Source of the DNA: Pyrinomonadaceae bacterium
GTDB taxonomy: Bacteria > Acidobacteriota > Blastocatellia > Pyrinomonadales > Pyrinomonadaceae
NCBI GenBank assembly: GCA_046313635.1
Contig: JBKBYA010000008.1
Location: 32,001 to 96,000, forward strand
Direction: 5' to 3'
DNA: 64,000 nucleotides
Shown here: positions 16,517 to 29,412 of the stretch, piece by piece
Position numbering within the stretch: position 1 is the first letter of the stretch
Layout: every line of letters begins with the position of its first letter
The notes under the pieces: model-generated
Told to the model about the DNA's origin: nothing
Database searches by the model: none
The model's input: only the letters and a program-made list of their open reading frames with translations
Translations under genes and position numbers: made by a program

Positions 16517-18805
16517 TTATTCCGGAGCTTCCAGTTCGCGAGCGAGCGAATCTTGCCAAGCGGCTTCAAGATCGTCGATCGGCTGTGCGATGACGGACGT
16601 ACCGTCGATCGAGATGGCGAGATCCGCGCCTGCTGCACGTCCGATGATCTGAAACGGACATTCGTCGCCGACGATCTCACGAACACGCGACTCGTTGTCG
16701 GGCGAGAAGCTGATGACCACACGCGACGGCGTCTCGGCAAACAGAACGGCCTCGTTCGACAGGCCTTCGGACTTGAGTTCGATCTCGGCACCGACGGCTT
16801 TGCGGCCGAGCGAGGAGAAGCAGCATTCGGCGATCGCGACCGCGAGACCGCCGTCAGAACAGTCGTGGGCCGAATTGAGAAGCTGCTCGTCGGCGAGACG
16901 GAGCACGGTCGACTGGACCTTCTTTTCCAGCTCGAGATCGAGCCGCGGCAGGCGGCCGCTGGCGATCATTTCTTCGGTCGTGCGGCCGAGAACCGATCGT
17001 GCGAATTCGCTCACCGAAAGGTCATCGCCCGTGACGCCGAGGAGCGCAATGACATCGCCTTCGTTCTTGAAACCCTGCGTGATGATCTTTCGCGTGTCGT
17101 CGATGAGGCCGACCATTCCGATGACGGGCGTCGGCAAAATCCCCTTGCCTTCCGTTTCGTTGTAGAACGACACGTTGCCCGAAACGACCGGCGTCTCAAA
17201 TGCCTCGCACGCCTCGGTCATCCCGTCGATCACATCCGAGAACGAACGCATCACCTCGGGACGCTCAGGCGAAGCGAAGTTGAGACAGTTGGTCACGGCG
17301 ATCGGCTTGGCCCCGACGCAGACGACGTTGCGTGCGGCCTCGGCGACGGTGAGCTTTGCGCCTTCTTTTGCGTCGACGCCGACGTAGCGGCCGTTGCCGT
17401 CGAGGCACATCGCGATCGCGCGCCGCGTCTCCTTAACCCGAATGACCGCCGCATCGGCTCCGGGCAAAACGGCCGTGTTGGTCCGCACCATCGTGTCGTA
17501 CTGCTCGTAGACCCAGTGCTTGGAGCAGATGTTTGGTGAAGCGAGGAGCGTCTTCAACGCCAGTTCAAAGTTCAAAGTTCCAGGTTCAAAGTTTGTCGAT
17601 CGCCCTTCAATATCTTCCGACTTTGAACTTTGAACTTTGAACCTTGAACCCGACTCCGCCATCGGCCGGTTGTATTTCGGCGCTTCGTCGGTGAGGGCGA
17701 GGACGGGAAGGTCGGCTTTCAATTCGCCGTTGTGAAATATCTTGAGACGGTCGCCTTCGACGACCTTGCCGATGACGACGGCGTCGAGGTCCCACTTTTT
17801 GAAGATATCGACGACCTGCTTGTCGCGGCCGTGTTTGGCGACGATCAGCATCCGCTCCTGCGACTCGGAGAGCATCATCTCGTAGGCGGTCATTCCCGTC
17901 TCGCGCTGCGGGACGAGAGTGAGGTCGAGCTCGAGCCCTGTCCCGGCACGTGCGGCCATTTCGACGGACGAGCTCGTCAGGCCCGCGGCGCCCATATCCT
18001 GAATGCCGGCGATGGCGCCTGAGCGCATCGCCTCGAGGCAGGCCTCGAGCAGGAGCTTTTCGAGAAACGGGTCGCCGACCTGCACGGTCGGGCGCTTTTC
18101 GAGCGCCTCGTCGTCAAACTCGGCCGACGCCATCGTCGCGCCGTGAATGCCGTCGCGTCCCGTTTTAGCTCCGACGTACAGCACGGGATTGCCTATTCCC
18201 TCGGCCTTGCCAAAAAAGATCTGGTCCTTGCGGACGATGCCGAGCGCAAAGGCGTTGACGAGGGGGTTCAAATTGTACGACTCGTCAAACACGACCTCGC
18301 CGCCGACCGTCGGCACGCCGAAGCAGTTGCCGTAATGTCCGATGCCGGCGACAACGCCTTTAAGGATCGATTTATTTCGATTCGCGTTCTTCGCGTCGTC
18401 GAGCGGGCCAAAGCGCAGGCTGTTCATGGCCGCCACCGGCCGCGCTCCCATCGTAAAGACGTCACGCAAAATTCCGCCAACGCCTGTCGCCGCCCCCTGA
18501 AAAGGTTCGATAAAGCTCGGGTGATTGTGCGACTCGACCTTAAAGGCGATGCACCAGTCGTCGCCGATATCGACGACGCCTGCATTCTCGCCCGGCGGCA
18601 CGATCACGCGCTCGCCCGTTGTCGGCAGCCGCTTGAGATGCACGCGCGACGACTTGTACGAGCAATGCTCCGACCACATCACGCTGAAGATGCCGAGCTC
18701 CGTCAGATTGGGCTCGCGGCCGAGGATCTGTTTGATCCGTTCGTATTCTTCGGGAGTCAGATTGTGCTGCTGGACGACTTCAGGAGTGACAGGCGCTTCG
18801 GTCAT
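16517..18805 (-). CDS. purL: Phosphoribosylformylglycinamidine synthase subunit PurL (small type)
   Basis: [44 protein letters not shown] and [10 protein letters not shown]. Confidence 0.97.
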   Translation of the reverse strand: MTEAPVTPEVVQQHNLTPEEYERIKQILGREPNLTELGIFSVMWSEHCSYKSSRVHLKRLPTTGERVIVPPGENAGVVDIGDDWCIAFKVESHNHPSFIEPFQGAATGVGGILRDVFTMGARPVAAMNSLRFGPLDDAKNANRNKSILKGVVAGIGHYGNCFGVPTVGGEVVFDESYNLNPLVNAFALGIVRKDQIFFGKAEGIGNPVLYVGAKTGRDGIHGATMASAEFDDEALEKRPTVQVGDPFLEKLLLEACLEAMRSGAIAGIQDMGAAGLTSSSVEMAARAGTGLELDLTLVPQRETGMTAYEMMLSESQERMLIVAKHGRDKQVVDIFKKWDLDAVVIGKVVEGDRLKIFHNGELKADLPVLALTDEAPKYNRPMAESGSRFKVQSSKSEDIEGRSTNFEPGTLNFELALKTLLASPNICSKHWVYEQYDTMVRTNTAVLPGADAAVIRVKETRRAIAMCLDGNGRYVGVDAKEGAKLTVAEAARNVVCVGAKPIAVTNCLNFASPERPEVMRSFSDVIDGMTEACEAFETPVVSGNVSFYNETEGKGILPTPVIGMVGLIDDTRKIITQGFKNEGDVIALLGVTGDDLSVSEFARSVLGRTTEEMIASGRLPRLDLELEKKVQSTVLRLADEQLLNSAHDCSDGGLAVAIAECCFSSLGRKAVGAEIELKSEGLSNEAVLFAETPSRVVISFSPDNESRVREIVGDECPFQIIGRAAGADLAISIDGTSVIAQPIDDLEAAWQDSLARELEAPE
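17562..17650. repeat. Intragenic inverted repeat with (GTTCAAA)n arms inside purL
   Basis: Arm 17562-17592 vs reverse complement of 17620-17650, 27/31 identical. Confidence 0.9.
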
Positions 18806-18994
18806 AAATCTGGTAAAAAGAGGCCCCAAAAATAAACAGCTATCTTATCGGTTTTGAATGGGGTTGTCGATCAACGTGCGGCGCGCAGCCCTGACGCCGC
18901 GGGCTGCCGATGATACTTTCTCGGCCGCTATTGCGCGTGATAAGAACGCGATAACCGGAGGCCGCAGGTCTGACCTCAGCTCGATAAAAGAAAT

Positions 18995-19768
18995 ATGAGA
19001 TACGCATTCATTCATTTACGTAAAGCTCTACTCATGACGGCACTCTTATCGCTGGCGGCCGGCATTGCGACCGCTGCCGAAAGGACTCTGCACGGCTCAG
19101 TAAGGACTGTCGGCAACGGCAAGATGCGCTCATGGGTAAAGGTGGACGACGAGAAACTGACGGCGATCGGCGTCACTTTCACCGAGGACGCGCTCAAAGG
19201 GCTGCCGCCCGAGCCGCCGCCCGGCGCCGAGGGCCACGAATATGTCTTTGAGATCCCCGAGGTGGGCAAGGGCTCGCCCTTCAAACACATCCTCGTGAAC
19301 TGGAATCCTTACGGCCACCCGCCGGCGAAGGTCTACGACGTCGGGCATTTTGACTTTCACTTTTACCTGATCTCGGACTCCGAGCGCATGGCTATCACCG
19401 CCGTCGGCGAAGACGCCGCGCGATCGAACAAGCCGCTGCCCGCCGAGCTGACGCCGAAGGGCTACGTCCTCGCGCCTGATTCGGCGATACCGAGAATGGG
19501 TTCGCACTGGGCCGACGTGTCCTCGCACGAGTTTCACGGCAGCCAGTTCACCAAGACATTTCTATTCGGCAGCTACGACGGCAAGTTGATCTTTCTCGAG
19601 CCGATGATCACAAAGGCGTATCTCGAGACGAGGCCGAACGTGGTCGACGACATCAAACTGCCTGCAAAGCTGCCGGTCCCGGGCTATTATCCGACGAAGT
19701 ACAGGGTCGCTTACGACGCGGCGAAAAAGGAGTACACCGTCGCGCTTGAGGCGACCGAGCTTCGATGA
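18995..19768 (+). CDS. Secreted DUF5602-like protein
   Basis: Signal peptide, then NWNPYGHPP, HFDFHFY, PRMGSHW, FLEPMIT and GYYPTKY motifs; family recalled from memory. Confidence 0.7.
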   Translation: MRYAFIHLRKALLMTALLSLAAGIATAAERTLHGSVRTVGNGKMRSWVKVDDEKLTAIGVTFTEDALKGLPPEPPPGAEGHEYVFEIPEVGKGSPFKHILVNWNPYGHPPAKVYDVGHFDFHFYLISDSERMAITAVGEDAARSNKPLPAELTPKGYVLAPDSAIPRMGSHWADVSSHEFHGSQFTKTFLFGSYDGKLIFLEPMITKAYLETRPNVVDDIKLPAKLPVPGYYPTKYRVAYDAAKKEYTVALEATELR

Positions 19769-19787
19769 GATCAACGGAGGTGTGCTT

Positions 19788-20651
19788 ATGAGAATACTGA
19801 TAACCGGAGGCACCGGCACGGTCGGTTCGGCGCTGGTGAGCGAACTGCTCGGCAGCGAGCATGAATTACTCGTTCTGACGCGAAGCGAGCAAAAGGCCGC
19901 CGCGTTGCCCGAGGGCGTGACGCCCGTCTGCGGCGATCTGCTCGACCCCGCGACGGTGAGACGAGTGTTTGACGGCGTCGACAGCCTTTTCCTGTTGAAC
20001 GCGACGAGCCCGTCCGAATGTCAGGAAGGCCTGATGGCCGTCAACGGCGCGCGTTTGGCGGGCGTCAAGCGGATCGTCTACGCGTCGGCGATGGGACTCG
20101 AAGGGGCGGCCCACATCCCGCACCTCGGAGCCAAGGTTGCGATCGAGACGGCGGTCAAGGAGTCCGGCATCTCGTACACGATCCTGCGGCCGAACAATTT
20201 TTACCAGAACGACCATTGGTTCAAGGACGCGCTCGTCGAGCACGGCGTGTACCCGCAGCCGTTCGGCAATATCGGCATGTCGAGGGTCGACGTGGGCGAC
20301 ATCGCGCATGCCGCCGCCCTCGCCCTGACCAGCACAAGGGGCGAGGGCGAAACCTTTAACCTCGTCGGCCCCGAAGTGCTGACCGGCGAGAGCAGCGCCG
20401 CCGCGTGGAGCGAGGCGTTGGGACGCGAGATCGTTTACGGAGGCGACGATCTCGACGCGTTCGAGGCGGCGACGCTCGAATGGCTGCCGGCGGTGCTGGT
20501 CTTTGATTACCGTTTGATGTTTGCGCACTTTCAGGCGCACGGCGTACGCGCGAGCGATCGGGACCTCGAGCGGCAATACGAGCTGATCGGCCGCGAGCCG
20601 CGGAGGTTTGCGGACTTCGCACGCGAGACGGCGTCGGTATGGCTCTCGTAG
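19788..20651 (+). CDS. NmrA-like NAD(P)-binding protein (atypical SDR)
   Basis: ILITGGTGTVG, TILRPNNFYQN and VDVGDIA. GGAGG RBS. Confidence 0.88.
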   Translation: MRILITGGTGTVGSALVSELLGSEHELLVLTRSEQKAAALPEGVTPVCGDLLDPATVRRVFDGVDSLFLLNATSPSECQEGLMAVNGARLAGVKRIVYASAMGLEGAAHIPHLGAKVAIETAVKESGISYTILRPNNFYQNDHWFKDALVEHGVYPQPFGNIGMSRVDVGDIAHAAALALTSTRGEGETFNLVGPEVLTGESSAAAWSEALGREIVYGGDDLDAFEAATLEWLPAVLVFDYRLMFAHFQAHGVRASDRDLERQYELIGREPRRFADFARETASVWLS

Positions 20652-20748
20652 CCGTCGTCTCGGCGGGCAGACCGGAGCCCGCCGTCGAGCGAACCAAAGA
20701 CCGCGGTCGGCGGCGGGCCATTTTATTTAAATGCAAAGTAGAACGAGT

Positions 20749-21051
20749 ATGGCAGCGTATTTCTTTTTTGACATGCTGGAGGTTACCGACCCCGCCGGGT
20801 TGGAGAAGTACAGAGAAGGCGTGCTTGAGATCGTCGAGCGATTTGGCGGGCGATATCTGTCGGTTGGCGGGCGGTTTGACGTGGTCGAGGGAGACTGGAG
20901 CCCGACCTTCCCCGTCTTGATCGAGTTTCCGAGTCAAGAGGCCGCCCGGGCGTGGTACGACTCCGAAGACTACCGCGAGCTCAAGGCGCTGCGCCTCTCG
21001 GCGACGCGCGGCAGCGGCGTATTTATCGAGGGCAACGGATTTCCGGCGTGA
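20749..21051 (+). CDS. DUF1330 family protein
   Basis: FGGRYL, VEGDW and IEFPSQEAARAWYDSEDY. Confidence 0.88.
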   Translation: MAAYFFFDMLEVTDPAGLEKYREGVLEIVERFGGRYLSVGGRFDVVEGDWSPTFPVLIEFPSQEAARAWYDSEDYRELKALRLSATRGSGVFIEGNGFPA

Positions 21052-21064
21052 CCGTCCGCGCGGA

Positions 21065-21565
21065 TCAGGCCATGGCGGGCATGCCGTGGGCTTCCCATTC
21101 CTCTTTTGACGGGCCGTAGACGCCCGGCACCTTAAGGCCGGCCTGGCGCATCAGCACGGTCATCTGGCCGCGATGATGCGCCTGGTGGGCGATCAGGTAA
21201 AAGAGCGTTAGGCCCCGCGCCCAAGTCTCGCCGTACATATTGTCTTCGTCGAGCAGTGTCGCGTCGGTCCAATTGGCGGTGACCTCCTGCGTGACCGAAT
21301 CGGCCGCCGTCCGGTAGGCCGCCGATATCTCGGCCGCGCTCGCGGGGCATTCGCGATCGAATCCGGGCGCGTCGATCTTGAGGCCCGTGTGACCGAGCAT
21401 CTCGCCGAGCGTCTGCGTCAGGTGCCAGGCGAGAAAGCCGAGGCTGCGGCCTTCGGGCGTGACCTTCTGGGCGAGCGACTCGTCGGTCAGGGCGTCGATG
21501 ATCTTTTGCGTCGACTCGGCCTCGTAGTGCCAATCCTTTCGAAAGTCTTCAATTGTTCTCAGCAT
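21065..21565 (-). CDS. DinB family protein
   Basis: RSLGFLAWHL and HQAHHRGQMTVLMRQAGLKVPGVYGP. Confidence 0.88.
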   Translation of the reverse strand: MLRTIEDFRKDWHYEAESTQKIIDALTDESLAQKVTPEGRSLGFLAWHLTQTLGEMLGHTGLKIDAPGFDRECPASAAEISAAYRTAADSVTQEVTANWTDATLLDEDNMYGETWARGLTLFYLIAHQAHHRGQMTVLMRQAGLKVPGVYGPSKEEWEAHGMPAMA

Positions 21566-22157
21566 CTTGCTTATCCGGGTTTTCGATCCGTTCCTCGGGA
21601 GGCTTCGGCGGCGCGCTGCTGACGAGCTTTTCGATCTCGGAGCGCAGCGTCGCGACGACGATCTTGCCCTGCCTAAAGTATGCGATCTCGCCATTCGGCC
21701 TGTAGAGGATCGTAAAGGGCAGCCCGCCCGACCAGTCCTTGGCGACCGAGGATATGAGCGCCGACTCGTCGCGCGAAACAAGCAGGTAGGCGGGCATCGC
21801 CGCCCGCATCTCTGTCAGGAATTTTGGCACCGCGCCGCGAATGTCGGCCGCGTCGTCGAGCGAGACGGTGATGAGATCGATCTTGCCCTTGAATTCGGCG
21901 TCGAGCGCGACCAGCTCCGGAAACTCCTCGCGGCACGGGTCGCACCACGTCGCCCAGAAGTTGACCAGCAGCGGACGGCCGTTCGCGGGGAGCAGGAGCT
22001 GCCTGAGACGCGCGTCGTCCACCTCGGTCACGACCGGCGCGGCGGCGGGCGGTTTGCCTGCCGGCCTCGCCGGCCGCTGGGCGAGCGTAGTCATCATTGC
22101 GCCTGCCAAACAGAGATATGCGGCAGCGGCGAGACAGTGCTTTGATCTGAGGCTCAT
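21549..22157 (-). CDS. TlpA-like thiol:disulfide oxidoreductase, exported
   Basis: LVNFWATWCDPCREEFP and GGLPFT. Confidence 0.88.
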   Translation of the reverse strand: MSLRSKHCLAAAAYLCLAGAMMTTLAQRPARPAGKPPAAAPVVTEVDDARLRQLLLPANGRPLLVNFWATWCDPCREEFPELVALDAEFKGKIDLITVSLDDAADIRGAVPKFLTEMRAAMPAYLLVSRDESALISSVAKDWSGGLPFTILYRPNGEIAYFRQGKIVVATLRSEIEKLVSSAPPKPPEERIENPDKQDAENN

Positions 22158-22177
22158 TTGATGTCTTGAGTTCCCGC

Positions 22178-22765
22178 CTACCCGCCGACGCGCTTGATCG
22201 TACAGCCAAATGCGTTGGCCGATGTGCGCTCGATCTTTTTACCGCCCAGCGCCGAGTCAAAAGCGGTGCGGAGATAGGTATCGGTCACGCTGCGTCCCGT
22301 GCGGTCGTTGTCGATCGCTCCATGGTACAGCAGCGTGCCCTTTGCATCGACAAAGTAAACCTCGGGGGTAACGGTCGCTCCGACCTTGTCGGCATAGACG
22401 TTGCCCTTGTCGATCAGGACCGGGAATTTGTATCCGTACTCGACGGCGTTTGACCGGACCCACTCGAGCGACTCCGTGGAGTTTGAATTGATCCCGATGA
22501 AATTGATCCCTTTGGCCTGGTAATCGGCGGCGAGAGCGTTGATGCGATCGACATAGAGCCGCACGACCGGGCACTGTGCCGAAAGGAACACGATCACGGC
22601 GCCGTTCTTGCCCTTCAGATCGGCGAACGAACGCGTCGTCCCGGCGGTATCCGGAAGCGAAAGTTCAGGAAGTGTCGATCCCACGGCCGGGACCTGCGCC
22701 CGCGCGGCCTCGGCCCCGGCGAGCGAGACGAGGCCCAGCAAAACAATCAAAGCCAAACGCTTCAT
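22178..22765 (-). CDS. Redoxin (AhpC/TSA-like) exported thioredoxin-fold protein
   Basis: Signal peptide, FLSAQCPVV, GINSN, ATVTPE, YHGAID and GCTIK. Confidence 0.85.
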   Translation of the reverse strand: MKRLALIVLLGLVSLAGAEAARAQVPAVGSTLPELSLPDTAGTTRSFADLKGKNGAVIVFLSAQCPVVRLYVDRINALAADYQAKGINFIGINSNSTESLEWVRSNAVEYGYKFPVLIDKGNVYADKVGATVTPEVYFVDAKGTLLYHGAIDNDRTGRSVTDTYLRTAFDSALGGKKIERTSANAFGCTIKRVGG

Positions 22766-22918
22766 AGCTCAAATCTCCTATTCGGTGTATGCGGGAGTGC
22801 GATTTTAACAGCCGCCGCGGCGGCCTAACAAGTTGATGTATTCTACGCCGCGGCGGAGCGGCCGGTTTCAGCTCCGGCCGGGACGCAAAAATTACCTCGC
22901 CCGGCGCGACGGACGTAG

Positions 22919-22927
22919 TGCTATAAT
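22919..22927 (+). promoter_or_regulatory. Extended -10 promoter of the kinase gene
   Basis: TG-C-TATAAT, 20 nt upstream of the GTG start. Confidence 0.65.
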
Positions 22928-22947
22928 GCCGCGAGTTTAACAGACAA

Positions 22948-25878
<2,931 letters not shown>

Positions 25879-25888
25879 GAGCAGATCA

Positions 25889-26218
25889 GTGAACAGACCC
25901 AACAAGACAAAGCCCGCCCCGACAACCGGCGACTGGAATTCACAATTGGTCCGACTCAGAGCGATGCTCGACTCGCTAGAAGACATGACGCTGTATTACT
26001 GCTTGTCCGGCCCGACAGAAAAAGAAAAGATGTCGCGGGCCAAACGGCTCGAGAAAAAGCTCGGCCCCCTGACGCGCGAGATCACAAAACTAGCCCATCC
26101 GGCCCGTCGCGCCAAGGGGCCGACGACAAAGCTCGCTTCGGACGACCCGTCCGGCGGCCAGTGCCCGCCGGGATTTTTTGAATGCAACGGCATGTGCGTC
26201 CCGTATCCTTGTCCCTGA
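25889..26218 (+). CDS. Small protein with Cys-rich C-terminal peptide
   Basis: AGGAG RBS overlapping the kinase stop, GTG start 10 nt later. Ends SGG-QCPPGFFECNGMCVPYPCP. Confidence 0.7.
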   Translation: MNRPNKTKPAPTTGDWNSQLVRLRAMLDSLEDMTLYYCLSGPTEKEKMSRAKRLEKKLGPLTREITKLAHPARRAKGPTTKLASDDPSGGQCPPGFFECNGMCVPYPCP

Positions 26219-26354
26219 ACGAGTGCGGCCGAGCGAGAACATTCGCAAGGCTGCCTGAGCGACCAAACTTCTGAGGCGGGCCGAGGCCCGCCTCATTCTT
26301 TTGGACGACTGGGGCGTTCGCACACCGCCGAACGTACCGTTTCGCGGGCAATGC

Positions 26355-27602
26355 TTACCCAAAAATTCGCGGCAGGCGCCGTTGGACGTTGCGGGGCAGT
26401 AGTATCTCCATCGCGTCGTCAACGGTCACGATACCGGCGATATCGCCGTCGTCGTCCACCACCGGCAAGGCGAGTAAGTTATATTCCGAGATGAGCTGCG
26501 CGACCTGCTCGGCCGAGTCGTCGGGATGCGCAAAGCGATAGTCGTCGCGCATCACCTCGTAAAGCTTTTTGGACGGGTCGGCGAGGATCAGGCTCCGCAG
26601 CGTGATGACCCCGCACAGACGCCAAGAGCCCTCTTTTTCGACGATATAGAGGTAGTAGATCATATTTGGCGTGTCGGCCATCTCGCGCAGTCTGAGGATT
26701 GCCTCGCCAACCGTAAGGTCCCGGGCAAAGACGACGAACTCGGTCGTCATCAGCCCGCCCGCGGTGTCGCTCTCGTACGGCATCAGCTCGGCGACGTCGG
26801 CCTTCTCCTCGTCCTCCATTAGGTCAAAGAGCTCCTGAGCCTTTTCTTCGTCCATCTCGTCGAGCACGTCGACGGCGTCGTCCGGCGACATCTCCTCGAG
26901 GATGTCGGCGGCGCGCTCGCGTTCCATCTCTTCGAGAATGCGGGCCTGGTTCTCGGTTGACATCTCCTCGAGCGTGTCGGCGGCGGTCTCGTTGTCGAGA
27001 CTCTCGACGACCTCTGTGCGATGGATCGGCGACAGAGACTCGGCAAGCTGCGCGATCTCGACCGGATGCAGCCGCGAAAGCTTGTCCTTTGACGACTTGA
27101 GCTGAACCGTTACGGTCGCCGTGTCGGTCGCAAGGTAACCGACGTCGGACCAATCGATCACTTCGACCGGCCGGTCGCTGCCGTAGAAGCCCTGCGGCAT
27201 AAGCCGCCGCATAAATCCCGCAAAGGTCACGTCCGCTCCCGTCACGCGCCAGATCTCGCCGACCTTGATCAGCTGCACGTCGTTCACGCGCACGACACGC
27301 TTGCCGTCCACGTCGATCAACTGGTTGTCGAGAACGTCCTTGGCGAGCAGCACTTCGCCCTCGCGCCGCTCAAAGGGATTGAGGTCGAGAACATTCGTGC
27401 TCAGTCTTGCCCCCATCAGCGACAGCTCGGCGATGTTTCGCCGCGGGATGAAGAACTGTCGCCGACGATACATCGCGACGATGCCGATCACGGGCGGATA
27501 GTCCTCTTTGCCGTAGCGGACGATCAAGTCGCGAATGTCCGCGACGCGGTCGCCGCGCGCGTCGACTATCGGGCGTCTGAGGATCTGCGAAAGGTAAAGC
27601 AC
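26355..27602 (-). CDS. MgtE-like cytosolic protein (PRC-barrel, MgtE_N, CBS pair; no membrane domain)
   Basis: LEEMSPDDAVD, TAGGLMTTEF, YNLLALPVVD and GIVTVDD. Confidence 0.85.
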   Translation of the reverse strand: MLYLSQILRRPIVDARGDRVADIRDLIVRYGKEDYPPVIGIVAMYRRRQFFIPRRNIAELSLMGARLSTNVLDLNPFERREGEVLLAKDVLDNQLIDVDGKRVVRVNDVQLIKVGEIWRVTGADVTFAGFMRRLMPQGFYGSDRPVEVIDWSDVGYLATDTATVTVQLKSSKDKLSRLHPVEIAQLAESLSPIHRTEVVESLDNETAADTLEEMSTENQARILEEMERERAADILEEMSPDDAVDVLDEMDEEKAQELFDLMEDEEKADVAELMPYESDTAGGLMTTEFVVFARDLTVGEAILRLREMADTPNMIYYLYIVEKEGSWRLCGVITLRSLILADPSKKLYEVMRDDYRFAHPDDSAEQVAQLISEYNLLALPVVDDDGDIAGIVTVDDAMEILLPRNVQRRLPRIFG

Positions 27603-27796
27603 GAGTCAAAGATAGCTCAACTCTCGTCGCGGCAGAAGGCGGCAGCTAACGGCAACAAATACCTTGACCGTCGTGGTAAACGAAGTTTAAACTTTGATCG
27701 GCGGCCCACGACTCGTGTCTATCCGACCGCTGCCGCTTTCGATCACCCGATCGATGATTCAAGATCGTCTCGCTCCCTCAGTTTGCTTCCTATCTA

Positions 27797-28666
27797 ATGA
27801 GAATCTCAGTCCCGATCATTCTGCTTTGTCTTTTTGCGGCCGCAGCGGACGCGCAGGGACCGTCGAGAGTATTTGATAACTTCGATACCGCGCGCGGCGT
27901 CCGTGTGTACGTTCCGCCGCCGCCGCCGCCGCCCGAGCCCGCCGCCCGCACCGTCCGCAAGCGCGTCGGAGGCCGCTGGGTCGTCGTGGTCGAAGACAAC
28001 CTCGTCAAAAAGACCGGGCAGACCTCGCCCGCCAACTCGGCCGCCGACCGCCTCGCGCCGAGTCGAACGCGCTTTCCAGAGACCCGTCTTGCGATGGGCT
28101 CGAGCCTGCACCTCAAAGGGTTCTCGACCGGCAATCCGCTCTACGATTCGTACATCGTCGAGTCGAGCCAGCGTTACCGGATCGATCCGCTGCTGATTTA
28201 CGCTCAGATGCATCAGGAGTCGACCTTTAATCCCAAAGCGCTCTCGCCCAAAGGGGCGAGCGGTCTGATGCAGCTGATGCCCGCGACCGCACGCCGATTC
28301 GGCGTTACGAATATCTACGACCCGCGGCAGAATATCGACGCCGGCGTCAAATATATGCGCTGGCTGCTCGACACCTTCAACCAAGACGTCGTCCTCGCTC
28401 TCGCCGGTTATAACGCCGGCGAGGGAGCCGTGATGAAGTACGGCAATCAGGTGCCGCCGTACCGTGAGACGCAGGAGTACGTTCGCCGCATCACGTCGCG
28501 CTACCGGCTTGTCTCTGACCCGAAGTACGTCAGTTCGGCTCGCCGCGTCAGCACTCAGGTCGCCGAAAGATTAGAAAAAAAGGAGTCGCGCCCGCTCTAC
28601 GTCTTTGAGCCCGGCGTCGTGACCATCCGGCTCGCCGACGGCAGCATGCGTCTGGTCAACCAGTAA
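27797..28666 (+). CDS. Lytic transglycosylase (SLT domain), exported
   Basis: QESTFNP, SPKGASGLMQLMPATA, ALAGYNAGEGAV and PPYRETQEYV. Confidence 0.92.
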   Translation: MRISVPIILLCLFAAAADAQGPSRVFDNFDTARGVRVYVPPPPPPPEPAARTVRKRVGGRWVVVVEDNLVKKTGQTSPANSAADRLAPSRTRFPETRLAMGSSLHLKGFSTGNPLYDSYIVESSQRYRIDPLLIYAQMHQESTFNPKALSPKGASGLMQLMPATARRFGVTNIYDPRQNIDAGVKYMRWLLDTFNQDVVLALAGYNAGEGAVMKYGNQVPPYRETQEYVRRITSRYRLVSDPKYVSSARRVSTQVAERLEKKESRPLYVFEPGVVTIRLADGSMRLVNQ

Positions 28667-28710
28667 CCGTTCGTTTCTCTTCTCCACCGGTCCTCCGCGG
28701 ACCCAGGATT

Positions 28711-28740
28711 CGGCCGCTTCGACAAGCGGCCGCTTTTTTT
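28711..28740 (+). terminator. Intrinsic terminator
   Basis: CGGCCGCTT-cgac-AAGCGGCCG followed by CTTTTTTT. Confidence 0.85.
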
Positions 28741-28791
28741 GTCGAGCGGTTTTGCCTGGGATATGATTGTCGGCATCTCGCCGGATAACTT

Positions 28792-29400
28792 ATGACGTGC
28801 TCAAATTGCGGCAGACAGAATGATGCGGACGCGCTCTATTGCCAGAAGTGCGGGCGGCTGCTCGAGGCCGAGGTCGAGACCCGCGTCGCGGCGCGAACTG
28901 CCCCGCCGGCGGCCGATCCGCCGCGGTTTTCGCCGGTCGCCGGGCAGATCGGGGACGAGCGAGAGATCTTTGCGGTCTCGCCGACGCTCAAGTTCGTCAA
29001 GGCCGGTTACGCCGCCGCGGTACTTACCGCCTTTCTGCTCGTCGTACTGCTGAGCCTATGGCCGGCCGTTCCCGTCTGGGCCGCGGTGATCGTCGGTCTG
29101 CTGCTGCTGCTTGTGCCGGGCTTCTATCATTTACGCCGCTCGTTGGTAAGATACAGGTTGACCGACTGCCGGATCGAGATCGGATCGGGGCTCATCGCGC
29201 AGACGAGCCGCAGCGTGCCGCTCGGCCGCATCCAGGACGTGACCGTGGCGCGTTCGATACCGCAGCGGCTACTCGGAATGGGCGATATCATCATCGACAA
29301 CGCCAGCGAGGAGGGCGGAAAGGTCGTGCTCAAGGACATCGACTCGCCGCGAGACCACGCCGATCAGATACTCGCGCAGATGCGCCGTCTCGGCCGATAG
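28792..29400 (+). CDS. Zinc-ribbon plus bacterial PH (bPH_2/YdbS-like) membrane protein
   Basis: CSNCG...YCQKCG, two TM helices, RYRLT...GLI...RIQDV...QRLLGMGDI. Confidence 0.8.
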   Translation: MTCSNCGRQNDADALYCQKCGRLLEAEVETRVAARTAPPAADPPRFSPVAGQIGDEREIFAVSPTLKFVKAGYAAAVLTAFLLVVLLSLWPAVPVWAAVIVGLLLLLVPGFYHLRRSLVRYRLTDCRIEIGSGLIAQTSRSVPLGRIQDVTVARSIPQRLLGMGDIIIDNASEEGGKVVLKDIDSPRDHADQILAQMRRLGR

Positions 29401-29412
29401 GCATCACCGAAT

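Noticed and set aside
22850..22900. GGGACGCAAA resembling a c-di-GMP-I riboswitch segment
   Set aside because: It lacks the upstream GCAAAC and GNRA-loop helix, and lies upstream of the kinase -10 box, so it is probably not transcribed.
26216..26256. UGA followed by a hairpin after the Cys-rich peptide (possible selenocysteine read-through given selA)
   Set aside because: The stem is weak and interrupted, the read-through sequence is featureless and runs into the convergent gene, and four Cys already make a complete set. It would need Cys-aligned homologs to be revived.
27256..27269. 14-nt match between the 5' end of spacer 14 and the MgtE-like gene (possible self-targeting)
   Set aside because: The match stops after 14 of 33 nt, the flank is CTG rather than an AAG-like PAM, and such a match is plausible by chance in GC-rich coding sequence. 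By eye I saw no full spacer match in the window.
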